Below, piece after piece: positions 1 to 12,129 of a DNA stretch of 64,000 nt. The translations under genes and the position numbers were made by a program. The first letter of the stretch is position 1. Each line of letters begins with the position of its first letter. This DNA is from Escherichia coli. Its GTDB lineage: Bacteria; Pseudomonadota; Gammaproteobacteria; Enterobacterales; Enterobacteriaceae. The notes under the pieces were generated by a model that made no database searches, had not been told where the DNA came from, and saw only the letters and a program-made list of their open reading frames with translations. The DNA lies in assembly GCF_045037415.1 (NCBI RefSeq), contig NZ_CP173438.1; one strand, 5' to 3'.

Positions 1-552
1 CCGCTGGAGCGCCAGGGCTTACAAAATCTGCTTAACGAGCGCAAGATTATTCGTGCGGCACAAGAAAACGGCACAGTTGCCATTAATAACCGAATCCCGC
101 TGCAATCTTTAACGGCGGCAAATATCATGGTTGAAGGTTCGATTATCGGTTATGAAAGCAACGTTAAATCGGGCGGTGTTGGGGCAAGATATTTTGGGAT
201 CGGTGCAGACACGCAATACCAGCTTGATCAGATTGCCGTGAACCTGCGTGTCGTCAATGTGAGTACCGGTGAGATCCTCTCCTCGGTGAACACCAGTAAG
301 ACGATACTTTCCTATGAAGTTCAGGCGGGGGTCTTCCGCTTTATTGACTACCAGCGCTTGCTGGAAGGGGAAGTAGGTTACACCTCGAACGAACCCGTTA
401 TGCTGTGCCTGATGTCGGCTATCGAAACAGGCGTCATTTTCCTGATTAATGATGGTATCGACCGCGGCCTTTGGGATTTGCAAAATAAAACAGAACGGCA
501 GAATGACATTCTGGTGAAATACCGCCATATGTCGGTTCCACCGGAATCCTGA
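1..552 (+). CDS. csgG: Curli secretion lipoprotein CsgG, 5'-truncated by window edge (C-terminal ~183 codons present)
   Basis: Frame 1 is open from position 1 to TGA at 550-552; translation matches CsgG C-terminus (…KYRHMSVPPES); the ORF-track start at 127 is an internal Met. Confidence 0.9.
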   Translation, partial: PLERQGLQNLLNERKIIRAAQENGTVAINNRIPLQSLTAANIMVEGSIIGYESNVKSGGVGARYFGIGADTQYQLDQIAVNLRVVNVSTGEILSSVNTSKTILSYEVQAGVFRFIDYQRLLEGEVGYTSNEPVMLCLMSAIETGVIFLINDGIDRGLWDLQNKTERQNDILVKYRHMSVPPES

Positions 553-563
553 TAGATAAAAAC

Positions 564-589
564 GCCGGAATTAATAATCCGGCATTTTA
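564..589. terminator. Bidirectional rho-independent terminator between convergent csgG and ycdZ
   Basis: Stem gccgga/tccggc (564-569/579-584) flanked by A-run upstream and T-run downstream, so it can terminate on either strand. Confidence 0.6.
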
Positions 590-603
590 CTGTTTAAGCG
601 AAA

Positions 604-631
604 GCGTGAGTGCCCCTCACGCTTTATTTTT
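604..631 (+). terminator. Second hairpin plus T-run downstream of csgG; overlaps ycdZ stop codon
   Basis: gcgtgag…tcacgc stem followed by tttattttt. Confidence 0.45.
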
Positions 632-1108
632 GATTTGCTGCTCACGGTGAGCGGTCTTCGTACTACGCGCCGCCAGCCACAGGCCGCTGTTTTTCATTGC
701 GTAACCAAATACCAGTCCAAGCGCCAGCGAAGGTAACACCAGTTTCCAGTCCCCCTGCCCGGCAAACGTCGCGCATGCGCCTATAAACGTCCCCGGAACA
801 AATGAAAGCAGCAGCTGTTTGGCCTGAATACACATCAGAAACGCGACAATACCGGTTATTACATAACCGAGAATTTCCAGATGTGGTGCCAGTGCACTAC
901 CGTAAATAATGACCATCGCCCACACCACGCCACTAAGCAGGGTTGCAGCGGAGATCGCCAGCCCTTTCAGCCCACCTTGCGGGCAGGCAAAGTAGGCCGT
1001 ACAGCCCAGGAAGCCCGCCCAGCTTAGTAAGCCCAGGGAAACAGCCACCCATCCCCAGATACCGGAGAGAATGCCTGTTGTGATTGCAATAGAGAGAAGT
1101 ATGTTCAT
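617..1108 (-). CDS. ycdZ: Inner-membrane protein YcdZ (DUF1097)
   Basis: ORF 617..1156; start set at ATG 1106-1108 giving 163 aa beginning MNILLSIAITTG; hydrophobic multi-TM sequence. Confidence 0.85.
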   Translation of the reverse strand: MNILLSIAITTGILSGIWGWVAVSLGLLSWAGFLGCTAYFACPQGGLKGLAISAATLLSGVVWAMVIIYGSALAPHLEILGYVITGIVAFLMCIQAKQLLLSFVPGTFIGACATFAGQGDWKLVLPSLALGLVFGYAMKNSGLWLAARSTKTAHREQQIKNKA

Positions 1109-1209
1109 GCCGCGCATGATAGCAGAAAACGCGGCCATGAATGAGATCGAGCACACATTTTATGCAACAACAAATTATCAGTTGCAGTTATGAGTGATGC
1201 AGATCACAT

Positions 1210-1764
1210 TTACTCTTCAGAATCTTCTTCCAGCTCGTCCCACATTGCACTAATAGCATCGCGGGTTAGCGGTGCCATGGTGCGCCAGAAAGGCGTAGTT
1301 GCATGGGCCTCCACTTTGCCAAGGAACGCACCACACCAGGGTAACAGATACTCACTGAACAGTGTTTCCAGTGCTTCGCTCTCATCTTCCGTTGACTGAT
1401 CTTCCAGCCAGGAAGCCGCAAGCAGCAATGTGCCGATGTGATCGGCTGGCGTATCCGCTAGTGGCATCCCTCGTTCGGAAAGAAAAGCGCGCACTTCCGC
1501 TTCCGTTGCGCCCTCAACCCATGCGCTACGATATGGCGGCACAGCACATTCATCGCCGATAAACAACGCATTGTAATCGGCAGAGACTTGCGTCATATCA
1601 CAGCTTTTCTGTAAACGCGTCAGTAACTCATCCTGCTCCAGTGGCCAGTTCGCAGCCAGTTTCCCCTCACGAATCAGGGTAAACAACGGCACCAGTAAAG
1701 GATCTTGCGGTTGGCGGTAATAGAGCGAACCCAGCACACGACAGAGGATAGAAAACTCGTTCAT
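1210..1764 (-). CDS. ycdY: TorD-family chaperone YcdY (partner of YcdX)
   Basis: 184-aa ORF MNEFSILCRVLGSLYYRQ…; 23 bp downstream of ycdX in same orientation. Confidence 0.9.
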   Translation of the reverse strand: MNEFSILCRVLGSLYYRQPQDPLLVPLFTLIREGKLAANWPLEQDELLTRLQKSCDMTQVSADYNALFIGDECAVPPYRSAWVEGATEAEVRAFLSERGMPLADTPADHIGTLLLAASWLEDQSTEDESEALETLFSEYLLPWCGAFLGKVEAHATTPFWRTMAPLTRDAISAMWDELEEDSEE

Positions 1765-1787
1765 TAATATATTTCCATTACTAGTAA

Positions 1788-2525
1788 TTAAAGGTCTGCA
1801 AATTCCGCAATCGGTGCCATACCGCGAGATTCAAGGAAGTTCAGTAAGCGGCGCGGAGAAACATTCAAAATGCGTTCTGGCGGAAAATCTACCGCGTCGA
1901 GGATTTTAAGACACTCTTCAAATTCCCCCATGGTAAATGCAGTGTGAGAATCCGAGCCTAATGCCACCCAACCTCCAGCGTCACGTACCGCTGCAGCTAC
2001 CGCACGACAGTTGTCTTCACTGCCCTTACGTGAGTGTAAAAATGAGGAATTATTGATTTCCAGCGCCACCTGATATTTCGCGGCTGCTTCAGCAACGGCT
2101 TTAACATCTATCTCATATTTCGGATTTCCGGGATGGCTTATTATATGCACATTGCCGCTGGCGATAGTGGCGATCATCGCTTGTGTATTGGTTGCTTTGT
2201 CATGTGGCGCAAAAACCGGCTCATGAAAACCGGCAATAATCAGATCCAGCGAATCAAACATTTTGCCGCTGCAATCAATTTCACCATCAACATTTTTAAT
2301 GTTAGCTTCGATGCCGCGCAGGATCCCTACCCCATCAACCACTCGCGGCCAGATACGCATGTTAATGAAGTGCCAGTGATGCGGCGCATCTTCCATATCC
2401 GGGCCATGATCGGTGATCGCAAAAAGTTTAATGCCCTTTTGTTTGGCCTGGGCAATGTAATCACTCAATGTGCTATATGCATGCGTGCTGGCAACGGTAT
2501 GCATATGAAGGTCGACGGGATACAT
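1788..2525 (-). CDS. ycdX: PHP-family zinc phosphoesterase YcdX
   Basis: 245-aa [21 protein letters not shown]… with PHP-domain His motifs. Confidence 0.9.
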   Translation of the reverse strand: MYPVDLHMHTVASTHAYSTLSDYIAQAKQKGIKLFAITDHGPDMEDAPHHWHFINMRIWPRVVDGVGILRGIEANIKNVDGEIDCSGKMFDSLDLIIAGFHEPVFAPHDKATNTQAMIATIASGNVHIISHPGNPKYEIDVKAVAEAAAKYQVALEINNSSFLHSRKGSEDNCRAVAAAVRDAGGWVALGSDSHTAFTMGEFEECLKILDAVDFPPERILNVSPRRLLNFLESRGMAPIAEFADL

Positions 2526-2579
2526 AACTCTCTCCTGTATTCAATTCCCGCCAAGGATAGCAGGAAACCTGATGCTTTA

Positions 2580-3557
<978 letters not shown>

Positions 3558-3751
3558 TTATCGTTATGATCTACAAAGGCCACCAGCATAACAAATCCGT
3601 GGTCGGTGACAAAAAAAGCAAATTTCGCTTATTAAAACTACATATTGATTGAAGTTTGAATAATCGAGCGATTTTTTAAAAAAGTTTGTTGACCTCAGGT
3701 CATGATTTCCCTAAATTAGCGCCCGTTCCAGCAAGACAGGAACGACAATTT

Positions 3752-3839
3752 GGTGAGGTGTCCGAGTGGCTGAAGGAGCACGCCTGGAAAGTGTGTATAC
3801 GGCAACGTATCGGGGGTTCGAATCCCCCCCTCACCGCCA
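3752..3839 (+). tRNA. serX: tRNA-Ser (GGA anticodon), serX-type
   Basis: 88-nt sequence GGTGAGGTGTCCGAGTGGCTGAAGG…GGTTCGAATCCCCCCCTCACCGCCA with long variable arm and encoded CCA. Confidence 0.95.
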
Positions 3840-3850
3840 TATTTAAAGAA

Positions 3851-3880
3851 GAGCTCGTACGAAAGTACGAGCTTTTTTTT
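3851..3880 (+). terminator. serX rho-independent terminator
   Basis: Stem gagctcgtac/gtacgagc with GAAA loop followed by T8. Confidence 0.8.
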
Positions 3881-3943
3881 CGTATATTGCATACACCGGG
3901 GGGATGAGAAGCCCCAGGCGGAGGTTGACAACTAGCGACAGAC

Positions 3944-5311
3944 TCATTCATCATCCTTGCGGTTGATAAGAATTTCTGCCTCTTTTACTACCACCTTATT
4001 ACGCCCGGTCTCTTTCGCCTCGTAAAGTGCGTTATCAGCCAGTTGATAGATCTCCTTAGGGTTTAACTCATTTTTCTGCGTTACAACAGCGCCAATACTA
4101 ATCGTCACTTTTTGTGGTATGGCGTATTCAGGATTATCGCCAGTTAAACGTTCAACATTTTCCCGAATCCTTTCCGCTAAAGCTTTCGCACATTCAGTAT
4201 CGATCTCCGTCAGCAAGACGCCAAACTCTTCGCCGCCAACGCGCGCTAAAAGGTCATCTGGTCGTATGCTTTTCCCAATGATATTCACCACTGTCTTTAT
4301 CACTTGATCGCCAACCGGATGTCCCCAGGTGTCGTTGACTTTTTTGAAGTGGTCAATATCCATAATCATGACGCAATAAGGTGTTTTTTTGGCCGATGCT
4401 GATTGAACCGTCAGTTCATTAAAAAAATAATTTCTGTTGAATATATTGGTTAAGGGATCGCGATGTGCAATGTCCTTTGTTACTCGTAGCGCACTGAATA
4501 TATGGCACATAAAAATTACCAAAACGGTTAACTTACTGACTACTTCAATAGTGCGACTAATATACCAAATGGACACGCTATACCTGCTCATAAATAACAG
4601 AGAGATATTGTACAGCACGGCACAAAAAGCAATCACCGACACCCCGTTCCAGATATCACAGCGTAAACCATTAAAGTATAGATTAACCGAAAGCAAGGTT
4701 AACCACATGAAAATCATTATGGTAACATATGAGGCTTTCCAAACCACCTGACCATTTTCATTGGTTAACTCGGCAATGTGTAAATCGTAGCTCTCATAAT
4801 GGCTAGAAAATATGTGAGCAACTATCGGCCCCCCAAGAACAAAAAACAAACTTATGCACAAAGTCACTTTTTTGGAAAATAAATTGCGCTGTTTTGTGTT
4901 TTCACTAACTTTATTTATCAATGCCAGAAATATTAACATGCACAAACTCATCTGACGAAACAAATAATAAATTGCAATGTCATTTTGAACAACACTGCTT
5001 GTCAAACGCCCCTCAATAATTTGCTGAATGATAATGACGGTTTTAACAAAGTAAATCAAACAACTTAGAAAAGCCAAACTAAGTATACAGTTTGAAAATT
5101 GCCTACGGTCATAAATGAAATACAACTGCATAAAAATAAATGCAACAGTATCGATAAAAAATAAAGCAATCATAACCATCAGATAGGTTGATCGTGGAAC
5201 AACTTCCTCAACGGTTGGCTGATTGAACCAACTATTAACCAAAACCAATGCAAGCCCAAACAATAAGCTCACTAATACAGTACTACTAATTCCCAAATAG
5301 TCTTTTTCCAT
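3944..5311 (-). CDS. dgcT: Membrane-anchored GGDEF diguanylate cyclase DgcT (YcdT)
   Basis: ORF 3944..5434; start set at ATG 5309-5311 (MEKDYLGISS…); multi-TM N-terminus and C-terminal GGDEF domain (RVGGEEFG); strongly AT-rich. Confidence 0.85.
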   Translation of the reverse strand: MEKDYLGISSTVLVSLLFGLALVLVNSWFNQPTVEEVVPRSTYLMVMIALFFIDTVAFIFMQLYFIYDRRQFSNCILSLAFLSCLIYFVKTVIIIQQIIEGRLTSSVVQNDIAIYYLFRQMSLCMLIFLALINKVSENTKQRNLFSKKVTLCISLFFVLGGPIVAHIFSSHYESYDLHIAELTNENGQVVWKASYVTIMIFMWLTLLSVNLYFNGLRCDIWNGVSVIAFCAVLYNISLLFMSRYSVSIWYISRTIEVVSKLTVLVIFMCHIFSALRVTKDIAHRDPLTNIFNRNYFFNELTVQSASAKKTPYCVMIMDIDHFKKVNDTWGHPVGDQVIKTVVNIIGKSIRPDDLLARVGGEEFGVLLTEIDTECAKALAERIRENVERLTGDNPEYAIPQKVTISIGAVVTQKNELNPKEIYQLADNALYEAKETGRNKVVVKEAEILINRKDDE

Positions 5312-5662
5312 AAAGCTACACCAACCTGTAGGTTGTAGATCCCTTTTTATTATTAATAGATATAAGAACTGTACTGTTGTCAATATGAAAATCCACCCAC
5401 AAACAATACCGATGATGATAGTTGCAGAATGCAATTATTATCACTTTAATGCTTTATACATTTTTTGCTGCAAGGCAGGCGCAAATACTTATAAAAGATT
5501 ATAATAAAATCCTTATAAAGCATTAATTAATAGATACATTAGGAATAACAATTAAATCCGTGAGTGCAGTAGCGCTGCCTTTCATCAGGACTTTCGAAAA
5601 ATCCGAAATCATGCATCGGAATTTACTGATTTAATTATTTTAATCCTAATTTATTTTGAAAA

Positions 5663-5896
5663 AGGTATTGGGATTTATGCCGTATTCCTGAAGATCCTCA
5701 TCATTGGAATGGATTTTCGGGCGAGAAAAGGATTTTATATGGACACTCTGCTCATCATTTCTTCTTCTCATCATCAACAATTCACGTCTCTCTTCCGCGT
5801 TTAATAACGGATTATGAGATGCAAAAATATCTTTCTTTTCAGTTACCTGTAATTAGATACAGAGAGAGATTTTGGCAATACATGGAGTAATACAGG
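5663..5896 (+). promoter_or_regulatory. Probable pgaA 5' leader with GGA (CsrA-type) motifs, including at the SD/start codon
   Basis: AT-rich 594-bp divergent ycdT/pgaA intergenic; GGA motifs at about 5727, 5884, 5894; leader extent taken from literature memory (~234 nt), not visible in sequence. Confidence 0.35.
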
Positions 5897-8320
5897 ATGT
5901 ATTCAAGTAGCAGAAAAAGGTGCCCGAAAACCAAATGGGCTTTGAAAATTCTTACTGCTGCATTTTTAGCAGCGAGTCCCGCGGCGAAGAGTGCTGTTAA
6001 TAACGCCTATGATGCATTGATTATTGAAGCTCGCAAAGGAAATACTCAGCCAGCTTTGTCATGGTTTGCACAAAAATCAACACTCAGTAATAACCAAATT
6101 GCTGACTGGTTACAGATTGCCTTATGGGCCGGGCAAGATAAACAGGTTATTACCGTTTACAACCGCTATCGTCATCAGCAATTACCAGCGCGTGGTTATG
6201 CAGCTGTCGCCGTCGCTTATCGTAACCTGCAACAATGGCAAAACTCGCTTACACTGTGGCAAAAGGCGCTCTCTCTGGAGCCGCAAAATAAGGATTATCA
6301 ACGGGGACAAATTTTAACCCTGGCAGATGCGGGTCACTATGATACTGCGCTGTTTAAACTTAAGCAGCTTAAATCTGGAGCACCGGACAAAGCCAATTTA
6401 CTCGCAGAAGCCTATATCTATAAACTGACGGGGCGTTATCAGGATGAATTACGGGCGATGACAGAGTCATTACCTGAAAATGCATCTAAGCAACAATATC
6501 CCACAGAATACGTGCTGGCATTACGTAATAATCAACTAGCTGCCGCGATTGACGATGCCAATTTAACGCCAGATATTCGCGCTGATATTCATGCCGAACT
6601 GGTCAGACTGTCGTTTATGCCTACGCGCAGTGAAAATGAACGTTATGCCATTGCCGATCGCGCCCTCGCCCAATACGCTGCATTAGAAATTCTGTGGCAC
6701 GATAACCCAGACCGCACTGCCCAGTACCAGCGTATTCAGGTTGATCATCTTGGCGCGTTATTAACTCGCGATCGTTATAGAGACGTTATTTCTCACTATC
6801 AGCGTTTAAAAAAGACGGGGCAAATTATTCCGCCCTGGGCGCTATATTGGGTTGCGTCGGCTTATCTCAAAGATCAGCAGCCGAAAAAAGCACAGTCAAT
6901 AATGACCGAGCTCTTTTATAACAAGGAAACCATTGCCACGGATTTATCCGATGAAGAACTTGCGGATCTCTTTTACAGCCACCTGGAGAGTGAAAATTAT
7001 CCCGGCGCGCTAACTGTCACCAAACATACCATTAATACTTCGCCGCCTTTCCTTCGGCTAATGGGCACGCCTACGAGCATCCCGAATGATACCTGGTTAC
7101 AGGGGCATTCGTTTCTCTCAACCGTAGCAAAATATAGTAATGATCTTCCTCAAGCTGAAATAACAACCAGAGAACTTGCTTATAACGCACCAGGAAATCA
7201 GGGACTGCGCATCGATTACGCGAGTGTGTTACAAGCCCGCGGTTGGCCTCGTGCGGCAGAAAATGAATTAAAAAAAGCAGAAGTGATCGAGCCACGTAAT
7301 ATTAATCTGGAGGTTGAACAAGCCTGGACAGCATTAACGTTACAAGAATGGCAGCAGGCAGCTGTCTTAACCCACGATGTTGTCGAACGTGAACCGCAAG
7401 ATCCCGGCGTTGTACGATTAAAACGTGCGGTTGATGTACATAATCTTGCAGAGCTTCGTATCGCTGGCTCAACAGGAATTGATGCCGAAGGTCCAGATAG
7501 TGGCAAACATGATGTCGACTTAACCACCATCGTTTATTCACCACCGCTGAATGATAACTGGCGCGGTTTTGCTGGATTCGGTTATGCCGATGGACAATTT
7601 AGCGAAGGAAAAGGGATTGTTCGCGACTGGCTGGCAGGTGTTGAGTGGCGGTCACGTAATATCTGGCTCGAGGCGGAGTACGCTGAACGCTTTTTCAATC
7701 ATGAGCATAAACCCGGCGCGCGCCTGTCTGGCTGGTATGATTTTAATGATAACTGGCGTATTGGTTCGCAACTGGAACGCCTCTCTCACCGCGTTCCATT
7801 ACGGGCAATGAAAAATGGTGTTACAGGCAACAGCGCACAGGCTTATGTTCGCTGGTATCAAAATGAGCGGCGTAAGTACGGTGTCTCCTGGGCTTTCACT
7901 GATTTTTCCGACAGTAACCAGCGTCATGAAGTCTCAATTGAGGGTCAAGAACGCATCTGGTCTTCACCATATTTGATTGTCGATTTCCTACCCAATCTGT
8001 ATTACGAACAAAATACAGAACACGACACCCCATACTACAACCCTATAAAAATGTTCGATATTGTTCCGGCATTTGAGGCAAGTCATTTGTTATGGCGAAG
8101 CTATGAAAATAGCTGGGAGCAAATATTCAGCGCAGGTGTTGGTGCCTCCTGGCAAAAACATTATGGCACGGATGTCGTCACCCAACTCGGCTACGGGCAA
8201 CGTATTAGCTGGAATGACGTGATTGATGCTGGCGCAACGCTACGCTGGGAAAAACGACCTTATGACGGTGACAGAGAACACAACTTATACGTTGAATTCG
8301 ATATGACATTCAGATTTTAA
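5897..8320 (+). CDS. pgaA: PGA (poly-beta-1,6-GlcNAc) outer-membrane export porin PgaA
   Basis: 807-aa ORF with signal peptide, TPR region and C-terminal beta-barrel; heads pgaABCD. Confidence 0.95.
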   Translation: MYSSSRKRCPKTKWALKILTAAFLAASPAAKSAVNNAYDALIIEARKGNTQPALSWFAQKSTLSNNQIADWLQIALWAGQDKQVITVYNRYRHQQLPARGYAAVAVAYRNLQQWQNSLTLWQKALSLEPQNKDYQRGQILTLADAGHYDTALFKLKQLKSGAPDKANLLAEAYIYKLTGRYQDELRAMTESLPENASKQQYPTEYVLALRNNQLAAAIDDANLTPDIRADIHAELVRLSFMPTRSENERYAIADRALAQYAALEILWHDNPDRTAQYQRIQVDHLGALLTRDRYRDVISHYQRLKKTGQIIPPWALYWVASAYLKDQQPKKAQSIMTELFYNKETIATDLSDEELADLFYSHLESENYPGALTVTKHTINTSPPFLRLMGTPTSIPNDTWLQGHSFLSTVAKYSNDLPQAEITTRELAYNAPGNQGLRIDYASVLQARGWPRAAENELKKAEVIEPRNINLEVEQAWTALTLQEWQQAAVLTHDVVEREPQDPGVVRLKRAVDVHNLAELRIAGSTGIDAEGPDSGKHDVDLTTIVYSPPLNDNWRGFAGFGYADGQFSEGKGIVRDWLAGVEWRSRNIWLEAEYAERFFNHEHKPGARLSGWYDFNDNWRIGSQLERLSHRVPLRAMKNGVTGNSAQAYVRWYQNERRKYGVSWAFTDFSDSNQRHEVSIEGQERIWSSPYLIVDFLPNLYYEQNTEHDTPYYNPIKMFDIVPAFEASHLLWRSYENSWEQIFSAGVGASWQKHYGTDVVTQLGYGQRISWNDVIDAGATLRWEKRPYDGDREHNLYVEFDMTFRF

Positions 8321-8328
8321 GGATAAAT

Positions 8329-10347
8329 ATGTTACGTAATGGAAATAAATATCTCCTGATGCTGGTGAGTATAATTATGCTCACCGCGTGCATTAGCCAG
8401 TCAAGAACATCATTTATACCGCCACAGGATCGCGAATCTTTACTCGCCGAGCAACCGTGGCCACATAATGGTTTTGTGGTGATTTCATGGCATAACGTTG
8501 AAGACGAAGCTGCCGACCAGCGTTTTATGTCAGTGCGAACATCAGCACTGCGTGAACAATTTGCCTGGCTGCGCGAGAACGGTTATCAACCGGTCAGTAT
8601 TGCTCAAATTCGTGAAGCACATCGAGGAGGAAAACCGCTACCGGAAAAAGCAGTAGTGCTGACTTTTGATGACGGCTACCAGAGTTTTTATACCCGTGTC
8701 TTCCCAATTCTTCAGGCCTTCCAGTGGCCGGCTGTATGGGCTCCCGTCGGCAGTTGGGTCGATACTCCAGCGGATAAACAAGTGAAATTTGGCGATGAGA
8801 TGGTCAGTCGAGAATATTTTGCCACGTGGCAACAAGTGCGAGAAGTTGCGCGTTCCCGGCTCGTTGAGGTCGCTTCTCATACATGGGATTCTCACTACGG
8901 TATTCAGGCTAATGCCACCGGCAGCTTATTGCCTGCATATGTAAATCGTGCATATTTTACTGACCACGCACGGTATGAAACCGCAGCAGAATACCGGGAA
9001 AGAATTCGCCTGGATGCTGTAAAAATGACGGAATACCTGCGTACAAAGGCTGAGGTAAATCCACACGTTTTTGTTTGGCCTTATGGCGAAGCGAATGGCA
9101 TAGCAATAGCGGAATTAAAAAAACTCGGTTATGACATGTTCTTCACCCTTGAATCAGGTTTGGCAAATGCGTCGCAATTAGATTCCATTCCGCGAGTATT
9201 AATCGCCAATAATCCCTCATTAAAAGAGTTTGCCCAGCAAATTATTACCGTACAGGAAAAACCACTACAACGGGTAATGCATATCGATCTTGATTACGTT
9301 TATGACGAAAACCGCCAGCAAATGGATCGCAATATTGATGTGCTAATTCAGCGGGTAAAAGATATGCAAATATCTACCGTGTATTTGCAAGCATTTGCTG
9401 ATCCCGATGGTGATGGGCTGGTTAAAGAGGTCTGGTTTCCAAATCGTTTGCTACCAATGAAAGCAGATATTTTTAGTCGGGTTGCCTGGCAATTGCGTAC
9501 CCGCTCAGGTGTAAACATCTATGCGTGGATGCCGGTATTAAGCTGGGATTTAGATCCCACATTAACGCGAGTAAAATACTTACCAACTGGGGAGAAAAAA
9601 GCACAAATTCATCCTGAACAATACCGCCGTCTCTCTCCTTTCGATGACAGGGTCAGAGCACAAGTTGGTATGTTATATGATGATCTTGCCGGACATGCTG
9701 CTTTTGATGGCATATTGTTCCACGATGATGCTTTGCTTTCAGATTATGAAGATGCCAGTGCAGCGGCTATCGCGGCTTATCAGCAAGCTGGCTTTAGCGG
9801 GAGTCTGAGCGAAATTCGACAAAACCCGGAGCAATTTAAACAGTGGACCCGCTTTAAAAGTCGTGCGTTAGCTGACTTCACTTTAGAACTTAGTGCGCGC
9901 GTAAAAGCCATTCGTGGTCCACATGTTAAAACTGCACGAAATATTTTTGCACTTCCGGTAATACAACCTGAAAGTGAAGCCTGGTTTGCACAGAATTATG
10001 CTGATTTCCTAAAAAGCTATGACTGGACCGCTATTATGGCTATGCCTTATATGGAAGGCGTCACAGAAAAATCGGCTGATCAATGGTTAATACAATTGAC
10101 CAATCAGATGAAAAGCATCCCGCAGGCTAAAGACAAATCAATTTTAGAATTACAGGCACAAAACTGGCAGAAAAATGGTCAGCATCAGGCTATTTCTTCA
10201 CAACAACTCGCTCACTGGATGAGCCTATTACAACTGAATGGAGTGAAAAATTATGGTTATTATCCCGACAATTTTCTGCATAACCAACCTGAAATAGACG
10301 TTATTCGTCCTGAGTTTTCAACAGCCTGGTATCCGAAAAATGATTAA
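8329..10347 (+). CDS. pgaB: PGA N-deacetylase lipoprotein PgaB
   Basis: 672-aa ORF with lipobox (LTACIS) and polysaccharide deacetylase domain. Confidence 0.95.
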   Translation: MLRNGNKYLLMLVSIIMLTACISQSRTSFIPPQDRESLLAEQPWPHNGFVVISWHNVEDEAADQRFMSVRTSALREQFAWLRENGYQPVSIAQIREAHRGGKPLPEKAVVLTFDDGYQSFYTRVFPILQAFQWPAVWAPVGSWVDTPADKQVKFGDEMVSREYFATWQQVREVARSRLVEVASHTWDSHYGIQANATGSLLPAYVNRAYFTDHARYETAAEYRERIRLDAVKMTEYLRTKAEVNPHVFVWPYGEANGIAIAELKKLGYDMFFTLESGLANASQLDSIPRVLIANNPSLKEFAQQIITVQEKPLQRVMHIDLDYVYDENRQQMDRNIDVLIQRVKDMQISTVYLQAFADPDGDGLVKEVWFPNRLLPMKADIFSRVAWQLRTRSGVNIYAWMPVLSWDLDPTLTRVKYLPTGEKKAQIHPEQYRRLSPFDDRVRAQVGMLYDDLAGHAAFDGILFHDDALLSDYEDASAAAIAAYQQAGFSGSLSEIRQNPEQFKQWTRFKSRALADFTLELSARVKAIRGPHVKTARNIFALPVIQPESEAWFAQNYADFLKSYDWTAIMAMPYMEGVTEKSADQWLIQLTNQMKSIPQAKDKSILELQAQNWQKNGQHQAISSQQLAHWMSLLQLNGVKNYGYYPDNFLHNQPEIDVIRPEFSTAWYPKND

Positions 10348-11665
10348 TCGCATCGTATCGTTTTTTATATTATGTCTGGTGTTATGCATACCCCTATGCG
10401 TAGCGTACTTTCACTCTGGTGAACTGATGATGAGGTTCGTTTTCTTCTGGCCGTTTTTTATGTCCATTATGTGGATTATTGGCGGCGTCTATTTCTGGGT
10501 CTATCGTGAACGCCACTGGCCGTGGGGAGAAAACGCACCAGCCCCCCAGTTGAAAGATAATCCATCTATCTCCATTATCATTCCCTGTTTTAATGAGGAG
10601 AAAAACGTTGAAGAAACCATACATGCCGCTTTAGCACAGCGTTATGAGAACATTGAAGTTATTGCCGTAAATGATGGTTCAACAGACAAAACCCGTGCCA
10701 TCCTGGATCGCATGGCTGCACAAATTCCCCGTCTGCGGGTCATTCATCTGGCGCAAAACCAGGGGAAAGCCATTGCGCTTAAAACCGGAGCTGCCGCGGC
10801 GAAAAGTGAATATCTGGTGTGCATTGATGGCGACGCGTTATTAGACCGCGATGCAGCGGCATATATTGTGGAACCGATGTTGTACAACCCGCGTGTGGGT
10901 GCCGTAACCGGTAATCCTCGTATTCGCACACGTTCTACCCTGGTGGGTAAAATTCAGGTTGGCGAGTATTCCTCAATTATTGGTTTGATCAAGCGGACCC
11001 AGCGTATCTATGGAAACGTATTTACCGTTTCCGGTGTTATTGCCGCATTTCGTCGCAGCGCCCTGGCAGAAGTGGGTTACTGGAGTGACGATATGATCAC
11101 CGAAGATATTGATATTAGCTGGAAGCTGCAGTTGAATCAGTGGACGATTTTTTACGAGCCACGGGCGCTGTGCTGGATATTAATGCCTGAAACGTTAAAA
11201 GGGCTGTGGAATCAGCGCCTGCGCTGGGCTCAGGGCGGTGCAGAAGTATTCCTCAAAAATATGACAAGGTTGTGGCGCAAAGAAAACTTTCGAATGTGGC
11301 CACTGTTTTTTGAATACTGTCTGACGACAATATGGGCCTTTACCTGCCTGGTCGGTTTCATTATTTACGCAGCCCAACTTGCAGGTGTACCGTTAAATAT
11401 TGAATTGACACATATCGCAGCGACACATACTGCCGGAATATTATTGTGTACGTTATGTTTACTGCAATTTATTGTCAGTCTGGTGATTGAGAATCGCTAT
11501 GAGCACAATCTGGCTTCATCGCTTTTCTGGATTATTTGGTTCCCGGTTATTTTCTGGATGCTAAGCCTGGCAACGACGTTGGTATCATTTACACGAGTCA
11601 TGTTGATGCCTAAAAAACAACGCGCTCGTTGGGTAAGTCCCGATCGTGGGATTCTGAGAGGTTAA
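10340..11665 (+). CDS. pgaC: PGA synthase glycosyltransferase (GT2) PgaC
   Basis: 441-aa ORF overlapping pgaB by 8 nt; GT2 motifs (DGSTD, QRLRW). Confidence 0.95.
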   Translation: MINRIVSFFILCLVLCIPLCVAYFHSGELMMRFVFFWPFFMSIMWIIGGVYFWVYRERHWPWGENAPAPQLKDNPSISIIIPCFNEEKNVEETIHAALAQRYENIEVIAVNDGSTDKTRAILDRMAAQIPRLRVIHLAQNQGKAIALKTGAAAAKSEYLVCIDGDALLDRDAAAYIVEPMLYNPRVGAVTGNPRIRTRSTLVGKIQVGEYSSIIGLIKRTQRIYGNVFTVSGVIAAFRRSALAEVGYWSDDMITEDIDISWKLQLNQWTIFYEPRALCWILMPETLKGLWNQRLRWAQGGAEVFLKNMTRLWRKENFRMWPLFFEYCLTTIWAFTCLVGFIIYAAQLAGVPLNIELTHIAATHTAGILLCTLCLLQFIVSLVIENRYEHNLASSLFWIIWFPVIFWMLSLATTLVSFTRVMLMPKKQRARWVSPDRGILRG

Positions 11666-11666
11666 T

Positions 11667-12080
11667 ATGAACAATCTAATTATTACGACCCGACAATCGC
11701 CAGTACGTTTACTGGTTGATTATGTTGCCACAACTATCTTGTGGACATTATTTGCTTTATTCATATTCTTATTCGCCATTGATCTGCTGACGGGTTATTT
11801 CTGGCAAAGCGAGGCCAGAAGCCGACTTCAGTTCTATTTTTTGCTGGCAGTGGTGAATGCCGTCGTGTTAATCGTCTGGGCGTTGTACAATAAGCTGCGT
11901 TTTCAAAAACAGCAGCATCATGCAGCATACCAATATACGCCGCAAGAATATGCAGAGAGCTTAGCAATACCTGATGAGCTTTATCAGCAACTACAAAAAA
12001 GCCACAGGATGAGCGTACATTTCACCAGCCAGGGACAAATAAAAATGGTGGTTTCAGAAAAAACGCTAGTCCGGGTATAA
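11667..12080 (+). CDS. pgaD: PGA synthase accessory subunit PgaD
   Basis: 137-aa two-TM ORF immediately after pgaC. Confidence 0.9.
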   Translation: MNNLIITTRQSPVRLLVDYVATTILWTLFALFIFLFAIDLLTGYFWQSEARSRLQFYFLLAVVNAVVLIVWALYNKLRFQKQQHHAAYQYTPQEYAESLAIPDELYQQLQKSHRMSVHFTSQGQIKMVVSEKTLVRV

Positions 12081-12093
12081 ACACCCAAAACAA

Positions 12094-12112
12094 AGCCCGG
12101 TTCGCCCGGGCT
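12094..12112 (-). terminator. phoH rho-independent terminator (also lies 3' of pgaD)
   Basis: Stem agcccgg/ccgggct followed on minus strand by ttgttttgggtgt. Confidence 0.55.
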
Positions 12113-12129
12113 CTGCACCGATAATACAC

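Noticed and set aside
127-552. ORF-track csgG fragment starting at Met 127
   Set aside because: The frame is open back to position 1 and matches CsgG throughout, so this is the 3' part of csgG cut by the window edge.
3686-3954. Small ORFs on both strands overlapping the serX tRNA
   Set aside because: They overlap a confident tRNA-Ser gene and its terminator; artefacts.
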